Source: a virus (lineage: Duplodnaviria; Heunggongvirae; Uroviricota; Caudoviricetes). Taken from it: 48,147 bases of DNA. Each line of letters begins with the position of its first letter. The stretch's first letter is position 1. Made by a program: the position numbers and the translations under genes. Positions 36,944-45,100 of this stretch are shown here, one piece after another. The stretch is from positions 70,897 through 119,043 of IMG/VR virus record IMGVR_UViG_3300012663_000707. The stretch is one strand, 5' to 3'. The notes below the pieces were generated by a model. That model searched no databases. It had not been told where the DNA came from and was given only the letters and a program-made list of their open reading frames with translations.

Positions 36944-37566
36944 AATAGTGATTCGGTTTTAGTAAGCATGTGACTGATAAATGATGCACGGTGGTGCTCG
37001 GTAGCACCATGTTCTAGAATTGCATCTCGGTGTTGTTTAGTACCGTAACCTTTGTTCGAACCCCAACCGTAAAACTCATTACCTTCGCTTAATTGTTTCA
37101 TTAAACGATCTCTTTCAGTTTTAGCAAGGATAGATGCAGCTGCAATCGAAACGTACATGTTGTCACCTCCGACTACAGTTTCAAACGGAATTCCATTCCA
37201 ACCATGGAACTGATCTCCATCAACTAGAATGAAATCAAATTCCTTTTCTTTACTAACAGCATCCAAGCATTGCTTCATACCATGCAAGGTCGCTTTCAAG
37301 ATGTTTGTGGACTCGATCTCTGATACATCGATATGTTTCACAGCAAACGCAATTGCGTTGTCCAGAACTAGTTTACGAGCCTCTGCTCGTTCTGGTTCAC
37401 TTAATAGTTTTGAGTCTTTAATTAACTCGTGTTGGAAACCATAAGGCATAATACATGCAGCAACGGTTACTGGGCCAGCTAAGGCACCTCGACCTGCTTC
37501 ATCTAGTCCAATCTCAACTATGTTAGGATTTTCTGTATGACTGTGTTTCAATAAGATGTGTTTCAT
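36940..37566 (-). CDS. rnhB: Ribonuclease HII
   Basis: GLDEAGRG.LAGPV, DSK, VDG, GD...SIAAASILAK..RD, KGYGT..H. Confidence 0.93.
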   Translation of the reverse strand: MKHILLKHSHTENPNIVEIGLDEAGRGALAGPVTVAACIMPYGFQHELIKDSKLLSEPERAEARKLVLDNAIAFAVKHIDVSEIESTNILKATLHGMKQCLDAVSKEKEFDFILVDGDQFHGWNGIPFETVVGGDNMYVSIAAASILAKTERDRLMKQLSEGNEFYGWGSNKGYGTKQHRDAILEHGATEHHRASFISHMLTKTESLF

Positions 37567-37609
37567 ATAACTTGTTTGTTGATGTTATATGAAACACATG
37601 CATTATTGT

Positions 37610-38335
37610 TTATTTTTGAGAATCGTTGTCAACTCTCCATTTATCATAACGGTTAACAACATCTTGTAGAATCTTAGCTCTAACAATATCCTTCTCTTCA
37701 AATCTGTGATGTCCTACACCTCTAACACCCTCCATTAGTTTAACAAAACCAGGAAGACCTACATTGTTCTTAGGTATATCATATTGGCTAATATCTCCGG
37801 TTACTAGAACCTTTGAGTTCTTACCCATTCTAGTTACGAAAAGCATTAGTTGTTTAAATGTTGCATTTTGTGCTTCATCTAAGATCATTAATGCATCGTC
37901 GAATGTGTCACCTCTCATGAATGCAAGAGGTTTAAATTCAATAATATTTTGTTTGATTAGGGCTTCAGTCAATTCAGTTCCAATTATCTTTTTAAAATTA
38001 GAAATGTATGACTGCATGTAAGGATCAATTTTATCGGCAATATCTCCAGGAAGGAATCCTAGTTTTTCACCAGATTCTTGTATTGGCTTGCAAAGTATTA
38101 ATGTGCTTATTTGTTTGGTTGCAAGTAAATGTAATGCTGTGTAGCATGCAGTAAATGTTTTGGATGTTCCGGCGGGTCCAGAACAAAATGTAATTTCGTT
38201 TTTTTCTATAGTATTGCAATATTCTCGTTGACTAGGTTTTAATTGTACTCCGACTAGATCTAATTCTTTAACATTCTGTTTTCTTGTTGTCGTTGCCGGT
38301 TTGCTTTGTTGTGTTCCTTCAGTCTTTTTGCGCAT
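37610..38335 (-). CDS. phoH: PhoH-like ATPase
   Basis: GPAGTSKT, GFLPGDI, PLAFMRG.TF, LDEAQN, TRMG, TGD..Q.D. Confidence 0.93.
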   Translation of the reverse strand: MRKKTEGTQQSKPATTTRKQNVKELDLVGVQLKPSQREYCNTIEKNEITFCSGPAGTSKTFTACYTALHLLATKQISTLILCKPIQESGEKLGFLPGDIADKIDPYMQSYISNFKKIIGTELTEALIKQNIIEFKPLAFMRGDTFDDALMILDEAQNATFKQLMLFVTRMGKNSKVLVTGDISQYDIPKNNVGLPGFVKLMEGVRGVGHHRFEEKDIVRAKILQDVVNRYDKWRVDNDSQK

Positions 38336-38353
38336 ATATTGTAAAATTATTTT

Positions 38354-38614
38354 TTAATCCCCAGCCATTATGACTAGTTCCTTTAACTTTAAAAGCTTGG
38401 TGCATTTTTCGTATTCCTCAAGTTCTTCAAAATACTTAATCATCAAGTCTATAAACTTGCTTCGTTGGCCGATACCATGTGGGATTTCAATTAATCGTTC
38501 GTTGTCTTTGAACACAATGAAGCGATTCACCGTCTTGGTAAAGTTCCTTGTGATTTGGTAGTAAGATGCTCTCATCAAACTATCTCGATCCGTATTTGAA
38601 AGGAAACTGCTCAT
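38354..38614 (-). CDS. Small protein with C-terminal UVR-like motif (YFEELEEYEKCTKL)
   Basis: Motif shared with two neighbouring genes. Confidence 0.65.
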   Translation of the reverse strand: MSSFLSNTDRDSLMRASYYQITRNFTKTVNRFIVFKDNERLIEIPHGIGQRSKFIDLMIKYFEELEEYEKCTKLLKLKELVIMAGD

Positions 38615-38732
38615 TTTTCAACTGCTCTTTTTATATTCGATGCGAACGTGGACGCACCTTTACATATATATTTAATACCATCTATCCTGTGCGACAGAAT
38701 CGTATCAAAAAATATACCACAATATCTACATA

Positions 38733-38927
38733 TTAATCTTTATTGATTAAATCTTTTTTCTTTTGTAGATGTTTTGCTTTTGAAAGATCAGCTCTTTTTT
38801 TAGATGATGGTTTCTCGAACTCTTGGCGATTGCGCAGTTCGTTTAGTTGTTTAGTCTTAATGACTTTTGATTTATATTTCTTTAAGGCTTTTTCTATATT
38901 GCCTGATTCTACTTCGATGATCAACAT
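38733..38927 (-). CDS. rpsU: Phage-encoded ribosomal protein bS21 (Bacteroidota type)
   Basis: [21 protein letters not shown]...LRNRQEFEKPS..KR. Confidence 0.9.
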   Translation of the reverse strand: MLIIEVESGNIEKALKKYKSKVIKTKQLNELRNRQEFEKPSSKKRADLSKAKHLQKKKDLINKD

Positions 38928-39202
38928 GACTCTACCTCCTTTTTAATTTTTAGCATGCTTGCGCATTTCTCGTAATCCTCTCTTTTTTCATAGTAACTAA
39001 TGATTTCGCCTATGATTTCTAGTTTACGTTCTTTGGTCATATCAGATAATACGACATAAGATGGATGTGCATTAATTGCATCGTACAGAATATTAAAGAA
39101 TGCGTCTTTACCTCTTAAGGCACTTGTTAGTGTCATAATTATCGTAAAGGCATCTCGACCTTCCATTTTAGGTCTTCTATTCGAAAAGAAATTACTTTCC
39201 AT
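38921..39202 (-). CDS. Small protein with UVR-like motif ([14 protein letters not shown]); 3' end contains the rpsU SD
   Basis: Overlaps the rpsU start. Confidence 0.7.
   Translation of the reverse strand: MESNFFSNRRPKMEGRDAFTIIMTLTSALRGKDAFFNILYDAINAHPSYVVLSDMTKERKLEIIGEIISYYEKREDYEKCASMLKIKKEVESC
38934..38943 (-). promoter_or_regulatory. Strong Shine-Dalgarno (AAAGGAGGT) upstream of rpsU
   Basis: Minus strand AAAAAGGAGGTAGAGTC-ATG. No comparable SD seen before the other starts inspected. Confidence 0.85.
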
Positions 39203-40010
39203 TGCTGAGTTGTTTGATTTTATCTATATATTCTAGTTGCTCATCATTTAACTCTGGGTATGATGCGTTAACTCTACATAAGATAGAACCTCTTTTTTCT
39301 GTTCCGTAAATTGGAAAACCTTTCTCTTGTAGTCTAAGAGTTTTACCAGGGTGAGTTCCCTTTGGTATCTTTAATAGTAATTGACCCTCTGGTGTCATGA
39401 TTGGCACTTTGGTTCCAGCCATAATTGACCACCACGGAGTTGTAGTTTCAATCCATATGTCATCACCTTGCAGAATAAATCTTGAATCTGGGATCACGTT
39501 AATAGTAACCAGTAGGTCTCCTTTAGGTAACGTAGTATTATATGGGTGTTGGTGTCCTCTACCTTGAACTCTAAACTTTTGCCCAGTCTTAAGACCTGGT
39601 TTAAAGTTCATGTTTATTGTACCATCCGGTAAATTAAAAGATTTACTTGTACCATTAAAAGCTTCACCAAATGAGATATGAACTTCAACCGGTAAGTCCT
39701 GGCCTTTTTGTGGTGCATTCGATCGATGTGAGTTACCGAACATCTGATCAAACAAACTAGAAAAATCTACGTTATTATTGTTGCCATAACCAAAACTAGA
39801 AAAGAAATCCTGATTTGTTCGTTTGGCATCGTAACTTTTACGTTTCTGTTCGTCACCTAAAACTGAATAAGCTTCTGCAACTTGTTTAAACTTTTCGTCA
39901 CCTCCTGGATTTACATCTGGGTGATATTGTTTACTTAAGTTACGGTAAGCCTTTTTGATTTCGTCAGCAGTTGCTTGTTCAGCAACACCTAACGTTTGGT
40001 AGTGACTCAT
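39192..40010 (-). CDS. dnaJ: DnaJ-class co-chaperone lacking the Zn finger (CbpA-like)
   Basis: J domain ([26 protein letters not shown]) plus DnaJ C-terminal domain. Confidence 0.9.
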   Translation of the reverse strand: MSHYQTLGVAEQATADEIKKAYRNLSKQYHPDVNPGGDEKFKQVAEAYSVLGDEQKRKSYDAKRTNQDFFSSFGYGNNNNVDFSSLFDQMFGNSHRSNAPQKGQDLPVEVHISFGEAFNGTSKSFNLPDGTINMNFKPGLKTGQKFRVQGRGHQHPYNTTLPKGDLLVTINVIPDSRFILQGDDIWIETTTPWWSIMAGTKVPIMTPEGQLLLKIPKGTHPGKTLRLQEKGFPIYGTEKRGSILCRVNASYPELNDEQLEYIDKIKQLSNGK

Positions 40011-40231
40011 TATTTTTCAGAAATTTGCTGATCTCTGAAGTCTGTGCTTTTAACATTAGCACCTGTTGTATTAATCTTCTCTCGAAGGTCTGCTCGAAGA
40101 TTTCTTTCGTGTAACTTTTCGACAGTTAACTTGCGTTTCTCAGTAGCTTCTTCTCGGTTATTCTGTTTATCTAAAGCATCTGCTATTCTTGTTAGTTGTT
40201 TTAACAACTCTCTTGCAATCTTATCTTCCAT
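40010..40231 (-). CDS. Hypothetical coiled-coil protein, 73 aa
   Basis: Operonic ORF. Confidence 0.6.
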   Translation of the reverse strand: MEDKIARELLKQLTRIADALDKQNNREEATEKRKLTVEKLHERNLRADLREKINTTGANVKSTDFRDQQISEK

Positions 40232-40502
40232 ATCGGTTTTTAATTAGATCAGAATTTCCATTCTGAAAATCTTGGTACGGCAACGAATTATCTTTTTGAT
40301 CTTTGCGAGGCCCGTTTACCATTTTAGTATCTTTGTAAGGATTTGTTTCACCAATTTTATTTCGCAACCAATCATCTAAGTCTTGGACACTAGCGTGGAA
40401 ATGTCTAATTTTATGAAGGTTAGCATCTTCAACGTTTCCGTCAACTGCTACGATCGTATTAGATTCATTTATATACTGGTTGAATGGTTTAACAAATTTC
40501 AT
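40221..40502 (-). CDS. Hypothetical protein with MKFVKPFNQYINE motif
   Basis: Shared motif. GATATATA 4 nt upstream of ATG. Confidence 0.65.
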   Translation of the reverse strand: MKFVKPFNQYINESNTIVAVDGNVEDANLHKIRHFHASVQDLDDWLRNKIGETNPYKDTKMVNGPRKDQKDNSLPYQDFQNGNSDLIKNRYGR

Positions 40503-40506
40503 ACAT

Positions 40507-40514
40507 TATATATC
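40507..40514 (-). promoter_or_regulatory. Late-type promoter GATATATA (motif protein, dnaJ, rpsU block)
   Basis: 4 nt upstream of ATG. Confidence 0.6.
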
Positions 40515-40841
40515 CTACTCAGATATACTTTTTATGTTGACTATCTCTTCGATGTTGGTTAAATGATTTCGAAGTAATGCACATTTTTCATATTCTTCAA
40601 GATCAATGTAGTAATTAATCATGGTATGCAATGTAACTTTTAATGCTTCAAGTTCATCCAGGTCCATCATACGTAGATGCCAGTCGGACAATCCTTTTTC
40701 CTTGATTGATTTATAGTTATTCTCAATTGCAATAACCATCATCTTCTCTCTAAATTCGTTAAGATTAGATTCAAATTCCTTGGCGCTTTCGTTCATGAAA
40801 TCTTCAAAATCAAAATCTTCGTCGTTGAAATCGTTAAACAT
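40515..40841 (-). CDS. Acidic small protein with UVR-like motif (YYIDLEEYEKCALLRN)
   Basis: Third copy of the motif. Confidence 0.65.
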   Translation of the reverse strand: MFNDFNDEDFDFEDFMNESAKEFESNLNEFREKMMVIAIENNYKSIKEKGLSDWHLRMMDLDELEALKVTLHTMINYYIDLEEYEKCALLRNHLTNIEEIVNIKSISE

Positions 40842-40844
40842 ATC

Positions 40845-41129
40845 TTACTTATTTTTAAATTGTTGATTATAACTAGGGTAATTTCTGATCCAATGGTTAC
40901 GTTCCATGTAAGAATCTTTCCATGTTGGTTTAACACCGTACGTTTCGATGTATTTTTCAACAAACAAACTAGCATCGCAATCTTCTTCAAGATAAGCCAT
41001 GGTTCCCTTCTTATTTATATAAGAGAATTCGCTGATTTGAGCTTGGATACCAAGTTGTTCCAAAAGTTGCACCTTAACTCCGATCCAACCATGTCCAGGA
41101 TCTGTGTAATATTTGAATGTATTTTTCAT
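40845..41129 (-). CDS. Conserved phage hypothetical early protein (DPGHGW...YLEEDCDA)
   Basis: First gene after early promoter copy 5. Motif recalled from phage/ICE hypotheticals. Confidence 0.7.
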   Translation of the reverse strand: MKNTFKYYTDPGHGWIGVKVQLLEQLGIQAQISEFSYINKKGTMAYLEEDCDASLFVEKYIETYGVKPTWKDSYMERNHWIRNYPSYNQQFKNK

Positions 41130-41140
41130 CTTGTTTGTTT

Positions 41141-41214
41141 GTTACAGTGTAAATATAATAAAAAAACTTGAAACAAAAAAATATTTTACAACTTATTTTG
41201 TAAAAGTTATTAAC
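41141..41214 (-). promoter_or_regulatory. Early-type promoter, copy 5
   Basis: GTTAATAAC...TTTTTTTATTATATTTACACTGTAAC. Confidence 0.78.
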
Positions 41215-41217
41215 AAT

Positions 41218-41979
41218 TTAGAATGGAGCATCTGACCATTCATCTAAGATCTCGTGTCCACCTAATCGAAGCATAATGTTTGCACATGCTTTAATATCCT
41301 TTTCACAATATGTAACGATTTCTGGTAAACGACCTTCCCAATAGAATCGGTTTACTTGATAACCTGCCATGTCATCTTTAGGTGTTGGAATATCTAAAAG
41401 TTCTGCTAGATGGCCAAGTCGTGCTGAAGATCCAGCTCCATAACTACCAAATGACCAGATCTCTTTAGTGTCTATAAGACAAGTTTCCCATGGTTTAAGT
41501 TTCTGTACTTGGAACTCTCTGATCACAGATACTTTATTGATCACTGCTCGTTTAACAATATAAGGAATATCAAATCCTTTTACATAGTGACCAACCCATT
41601 TCATAGAAGGGTATTTGTTCATAATACCAGCGGAGGTTCGCATAAATTCATTCAGCAAAACTGCTTCATCATCACCAGAAAAAGACTTGGCGTTAAAACC
41701 AACTGGATTATTGTCATCATCAAACTTAATCTGCCCGATTGAGATACAGACAATCTTACCCCATTCTGGATAAAGACCGCCCATTCTAGGATACATTTCG
41801 TTTTCGTCTAGAACTTCACCAAGTTCAGATCTATTTTGTTCTTTAAGTTGCACAAATCGTTCTTGCCAAAATGGTGCTAATTTTGGGTTCTTATCAAGAA
41901 GTTCTTGCAGGGTTTCAGTCTGCGTTGTAGTCTCGATGTCGATGAAAATCATCCTCTTTAATTCGTCTACTGTATACAT
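41218..41979 (-). CDS. Stand-alone PolB-type 3'-5' exonuclease (DEDD)
   Basis: FIDIET (ExoI), GH..KGFDIPY (ExoII), YCEKDI (ExoIII), KPWE. Confidence 0.85.
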   Translation of the reverse strand: MYTVDELKRMIFIDIETTTQTETLQELLDKNPKLAPFWQERFVQLKEQNRSELGEVLDENEMYPRMGGLYPEWGKIVCISIGQIKFDDDNNPVGFNAKSFSGDDEAVLLNEFMRTSAGIMNKYPSMKWVGHYVKGFDIPYIVKRAVINKVSVIREFQVQKLKPWETCLIDTKEIWSFGSYGAGSSARLGHLAELLDIPTPKDDMAGYQVNRFYWEGRLPEIVTYCEKDIKACANIMLRLGGHEILDEWSDAPF

Positions 41980-41994
41980 TGCTTTTAAACTAAA

Positions 41995-42020
41995 AAACGC
42001 CTAGAATATTCTAGACGTTT
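41995..42020 (-). terminator. Probable terminator hairpin upstream of the exonuclease
   Basis: AAACG-(T)-CTAGAA-TA-TTCTAG-(G)-CGTTT followed by a T-run on the minus strand. Confidence 0.6.
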
Positions 42021-42045
42021 GTTATATTGTTATGTTTTAGTTTGT

Positions 42046-42156
42046 TTATTCTGACTTAGTCAAGAACTTCCAAACCAATCCAACTAATGTGTTAGCTCTG
42101 TACTTTCTACCTTTATGGTTTAGCAAGAAGCTTTTCTTTTCGTTTACCTGTTTCAT
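42046..42156 (-). CDS. Microprotein, 36 aa (MKQVNEKKSFLLNHKGRKYRANTLVGLVWKFLTKSE)
   Basis: Manual translation. Fills the gap between the 81-aa gene and the terminator. A-rich leader. Confidence 0.5.
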   Translation of the reverse strand: MKQVNEKKSFLLNHKGRKYRANTLVGLVWKFLTKSE

Positions 42157-42165
42157 ATTTTAATT

Positions 42166-42411
42166 TTAATTGTGATCCCAATCACGATGAGATCTTAAAT
42201 GCGAATAACTGTCATATGGCAGTGAAACCATAACATATCCTCCCGTGACAGAATATGGCAATTGATTCTCGTTCAACCAATATGATGGTGCATCTAAGAT
42301 TCTTTCGTTTAAGAAATCAAATAACTCATCTAGTTGCATGTGGTGCACCCAAATGTTAATATACATACATTTCATATCTGGCATTCCCATATCAATCCAT
42401 TTTAACTTCAA
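42166..42411 (-). CDS. Hypothetical protein, 81 aa
   Basis: Operonic ORF. Confidence 0.6.
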   Translation of the reverse strand: MKLKWIDMGMPDMKCMYINIWVHHMQLDELFDFLNERILDAPSYWLNENQLPYSVTGGYVMVSLPYDSYSHLRSHRDWDHN

Positions 42412-43342
42412 ACCTTTCAGGTTCTAAATCTACCGTTTTCTTATCAAGGTAGTCACTAAATTCTTTTAGAGATTTATCTGTTTGTGCATCAACATCTCTA
42501 CCATAGAAGTCGTTGAACAAGACTCTATAAATATGCACTGTTGAATCAAAAGGTACTCCTGGTTGCGAGTTACTTTCAATTACATAAAGTTTACCATCTT
42601 TGTCTTCCATTACGTCAAAACAAATGTAAGGTAGGTCTTCGAAGATCTTACCGAATTTAGCAACAAGTGCTTTAAAACGATCATCAATCTTAGCAGCATC
42701 ATGCTTAATGTACTTAAACATCATTTGCTCTTTACCTTCACCATCTCCGTTTTTAGCTTTATCATTCATCGGTTGACGTTCCATCCAATAGAAACATTCG
42801 CCTTTAAATGTAATTAGTCTATGTTCTGATTTTTTATCAACGTATTCTGAATAGATGTCAAACTTAGAATGGTCTGCTTTATCAAAGCTTTCTTGATCTT
42901 TAAAGATTTGAATGCCCAATCCAGAGTGTCCTTCCGCTGGTTTTGCAATCATTGGAAAACCGATCTCTTTTACAGCTTCATCTTTGTTATCAATAGTCTT
43001 AGGAATATTCTCATCACCATCTACCAATTTATGAAATTCAGCTTTAGAACCTGATTTCTTAATATGATCTGGGTGGTTATAAATATTTTCGGCCTTGATT
43101 AAACCATCATCAAGAAGTGTTTGTACAACCTTAGAATTATAAGTCAATACTGGCAACTCAGGATTAATCTTAATCTTCTTATAGTTTTCCAAAGTGATCT
43201 GTATAAAATAATTGTCTGCAGCGAAACCTTTATAACTCCACCAACGATGACCACTTCCTGGGTCAATAGCAAGATAAATCTTTTGTAGATCTTTGCCGTC
43301 TTTATCCTGAGAGAAATCCTCAAATATTCTTACCTTCTTCAT
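42392..43342 (-). CDS. ATP-grasp ligase (RimK-like) with MKKVRIFEDF N-terminal motif
   Basis: IPKT, GFPMIAKPAEGHSGLGI, SEYVDKKSEHR, FDVMEDKDGKLYVIESNSQPG. Confidence 0.82.
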   Translation of the reverse strand: MKKVRIFEDFSQDKDGKDLQKIYLAIDPGSGHRWWSYKGFAADNYFIQITLENYKKIKINPELPVLTYNSKVVQTLLDDGLIKAENIYNHPDHIKKSGSKAEFHKLVDGDENIPKTIDNKDEAVKEIGFPMIAKPAEGHSGLGIQIFKDQESFDKADHSKFDIYSEYVDKKSEHRLITFKGECFYWMERQPMNDKAKNGDGEGKEQMMFKYIKHDAAKIDDRFKALVAKFGKIFEDLPYICFDVMEDKDGKLYVIESNSQPGVPFDSTVHIYRVLFNDFYGRDVDAQTDKSLKEFSDYLDKKTVDLEPERFEVKMD

Positions 43343-43346
43343 GTAT

Positions 43347-43354
43347 TATATATC
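43347..43354 (-). promoter_or_regulatory. Late-type promoter GATATATA (ATP-grasp)
   Basis: 4 nt upstream of ATG. Confidence 0.6.
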
Positions 43355-43783
43355 CTAGTCTTCAAAGACTTCGACCTTCTTGGTTTTTTCTACTAATTCA
43401 GACCAAACACCAACGTATCTTGTAGCTTTTACAATATGGTTATCAACCCAATGGTAGTTTCCACCTCTTGGCTTATTCAACAATAGGCCATGGTATTTAA
43501 AGCCATGTTGATTCAACCAAGCTTCAGTTACTTCTCGGTGTTCATCTGTTCTGCTGGTAAAGAATGTGATGATATGTCCTTCATCGTACCATTTATTTAA
43601 GATCTCTTTAGCATCCAAATAAGGTAGAACTGTAGCCATTCTTTCTGGTTCTTCGTTTGGTACGTCATCGGTAATAGTTCCATCTATATCGATTAGATAG
43701 TTCTTTACATTTCCAGACAATATTGGACTTGCCAAATGACCTGATTCGTCGGTTATTGAATTAAGTTTTATTTCGTTATTCAT
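43355..43783 (-). CDS. HAD-superfamily phosphatase, Bacteroidota-like
   Basis: LIDIDGTI, FTSR, KPRGG. Resembles a flavobacterial gene often mislabelled phosphoheptose isomerase. Confidence 0.75.
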   Translation of the reverse strand: MNNEIKLNSITDESGHLASPILSGNVKNYLIDIDGTITDDVPNEEPERMATVLPYLDAKEILNKWYDEGHIITFFTSRTDEHREVTEAWLNQHGFKYHGLLLNKPRGGNYHWVDNHIVKATRYVGVWSELVEKTKKVEVFED

Positions 43784-43786
43784 AGT

Positions 43787-45100
43787 TTAATGTTTACTGT
43801 TTCTCATAAATGACACGCAAATATATCTACGGCCACTGTGTATCGGTCTTGCACCATGTAAGTGTGTTATAAGTCCAGGATGCAATGTTGCCATTCCGAT
43901 TCGCTTTGGATTTGATAACAATTGGTATTTAGGAAACCAAGTACCTCCGCCTTCAAATTCATCATTTAATTTAACCACCATTGTAATGTGACTAAAGTCA
44001 TGGTGTAATGCTAAATGTGATTGTCGGTCGGTTGTGTATCTTGCTAGAAAGTTCTCAGAATTCATTGGTTGCCAACCATTGCCTTCAAGCTTCCAAAGGT
44101 GAATTACTAATGGACTAATAACTTCTTCAAGAACTCGTTTATAAATCTCATTAAGTCCGATCTCTTCTAATAGAACGTCATTAGTCGGATAGAATTCATG
44201 TCGATCTAAAGTCCACTTGTCTTCTGCTTCTGCTAATGCAATTGCTTCTCTACAGAATTTATCAGTAAAGAGTTGGAATTCGAATACATTATTTCCAAGA
44301 TCATCAATCATTAAATCATATTCACCTTTGGCAATTGTATGATTTAAATATTTAGCTTTCCATGATTCCCAGTCTGAGGTATCAAGTATTTCGTATTGTG
44401 TATGTCCCATAATTGTGGATGGTTTATCAAATCTATTTTGTATAATTGCGTCTTCTCGTAATGCAATCCCAGATAAAACTGGTGGATACATTTTTTTAAT
44501 GTCTTCTCTAGGATGTTCAGCTTGTAATGCAATTAATAACTCATCCGAAGGAATCAAGTTCTTTTCCAAATTTGGATTTGCAAGTATCTTCTTAGCACCA
44601 TCGATTGATAAGATATAAGCATGAGAATTGTAATGCATTTTAGGTATAACCCAATCTTGCATATTAAGCTCTTCATCTGGTTCACCGAATTTATTTCTAC
44701 CTAAAGTAGCAATGTCCCAAAGATAAAAGAATTCTAGAGGTTTAAAATCGATCTCGTTCCATTTTTTAACTGGCCAAAAGTCTTCTTCTAAAATCAAAGC
44801 AAACTTAACTTCGTCGGCAACCATTTTCTTATAGACATTTAAATGGCTAATTGCACATCCGATTTCACCTGGTAACATATCTCTATTCCACCATTCATTA
44901 GTTTCGGCAGTACCTAAATTCCAACCAGTATAATGACTTAGATTTTCTGGTGTATGTTCCGTATGGCCATTATGTGCTTGTACTATTTCATAAGGAATTC
45001 CAAACGGAAGATCTAGTCTATTCAATCGATCTAATATTTCGATTTGTTTTGTTCTATCAGATGCTGCAAGCGAGATGATATAGATCTTCTCTAGATTCAT
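43787..45100 (-). CDS. Fusion of GT25 glycosyltransferase and PLOD-type 2OG-Fe(II) (lysyl) hydroxylase
   Basis: GT25: IYIISL, GEIGCAISH, ILEED, HAYILS..GAKK. Dioxygenase: FLARY, HHD, GGGT, H.H, R.YICVSF. Start set at MNLEK (ATGA overlap). Confidence 0.85.
   Translation of the reverse strand: MNLEKIYIISLAASDRTKQIEILDRLNRLDLPFGIPYEIVQAHNGHTEHTPENLSHYTGWNLGTAETNEWWNRDMLPGEIGCAISHLNVYKKMVADEVKFALILEEDFWPVKKWNEIDFKPLEFFYLWDIATLGRNKFGEPDEELNMQDWVIPKMHYNSHAYILSIDGAKKILANPNLEKNLIPSDELLIALQAEHPREDIKKMYPPVLSGIALREDAIIQNRFDKPSTIMGHTQYEILDTSDWESWKAKYLNHTIAKGEYDLMIDDLGNNVFEFQLFTDKFCREAIALAEAEDKWTLDRHEFYPTNDVLLEEIGLNEIYKRVLEEVISPLVIHLWKLEGNGWQPMNSENFLARYTTDRQSHLALHHDFSHITMVVKLNDEFEGGGTWFPKYQLLSNPKRIGMATLHPGLITHLHGARPIHSGRRYICVSFMRNSKH

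Noticed and set aside
38615-38732. Small hairpin GGTGCG/CGCATC in the rpsU downstream intergenic region as a possible ncRNA
   Set aside because: Only ~6 bp with a wobble. Explained as the leader of the next gene behind an AATATATA promoter.
33609-44532. Short minus-strand alternative-frame ORFs nested in real genes (33609, 34167, 40793, 44344)
   Set aside because: Out-of-frame overlaps with strongly supported CDSs and no motifs.
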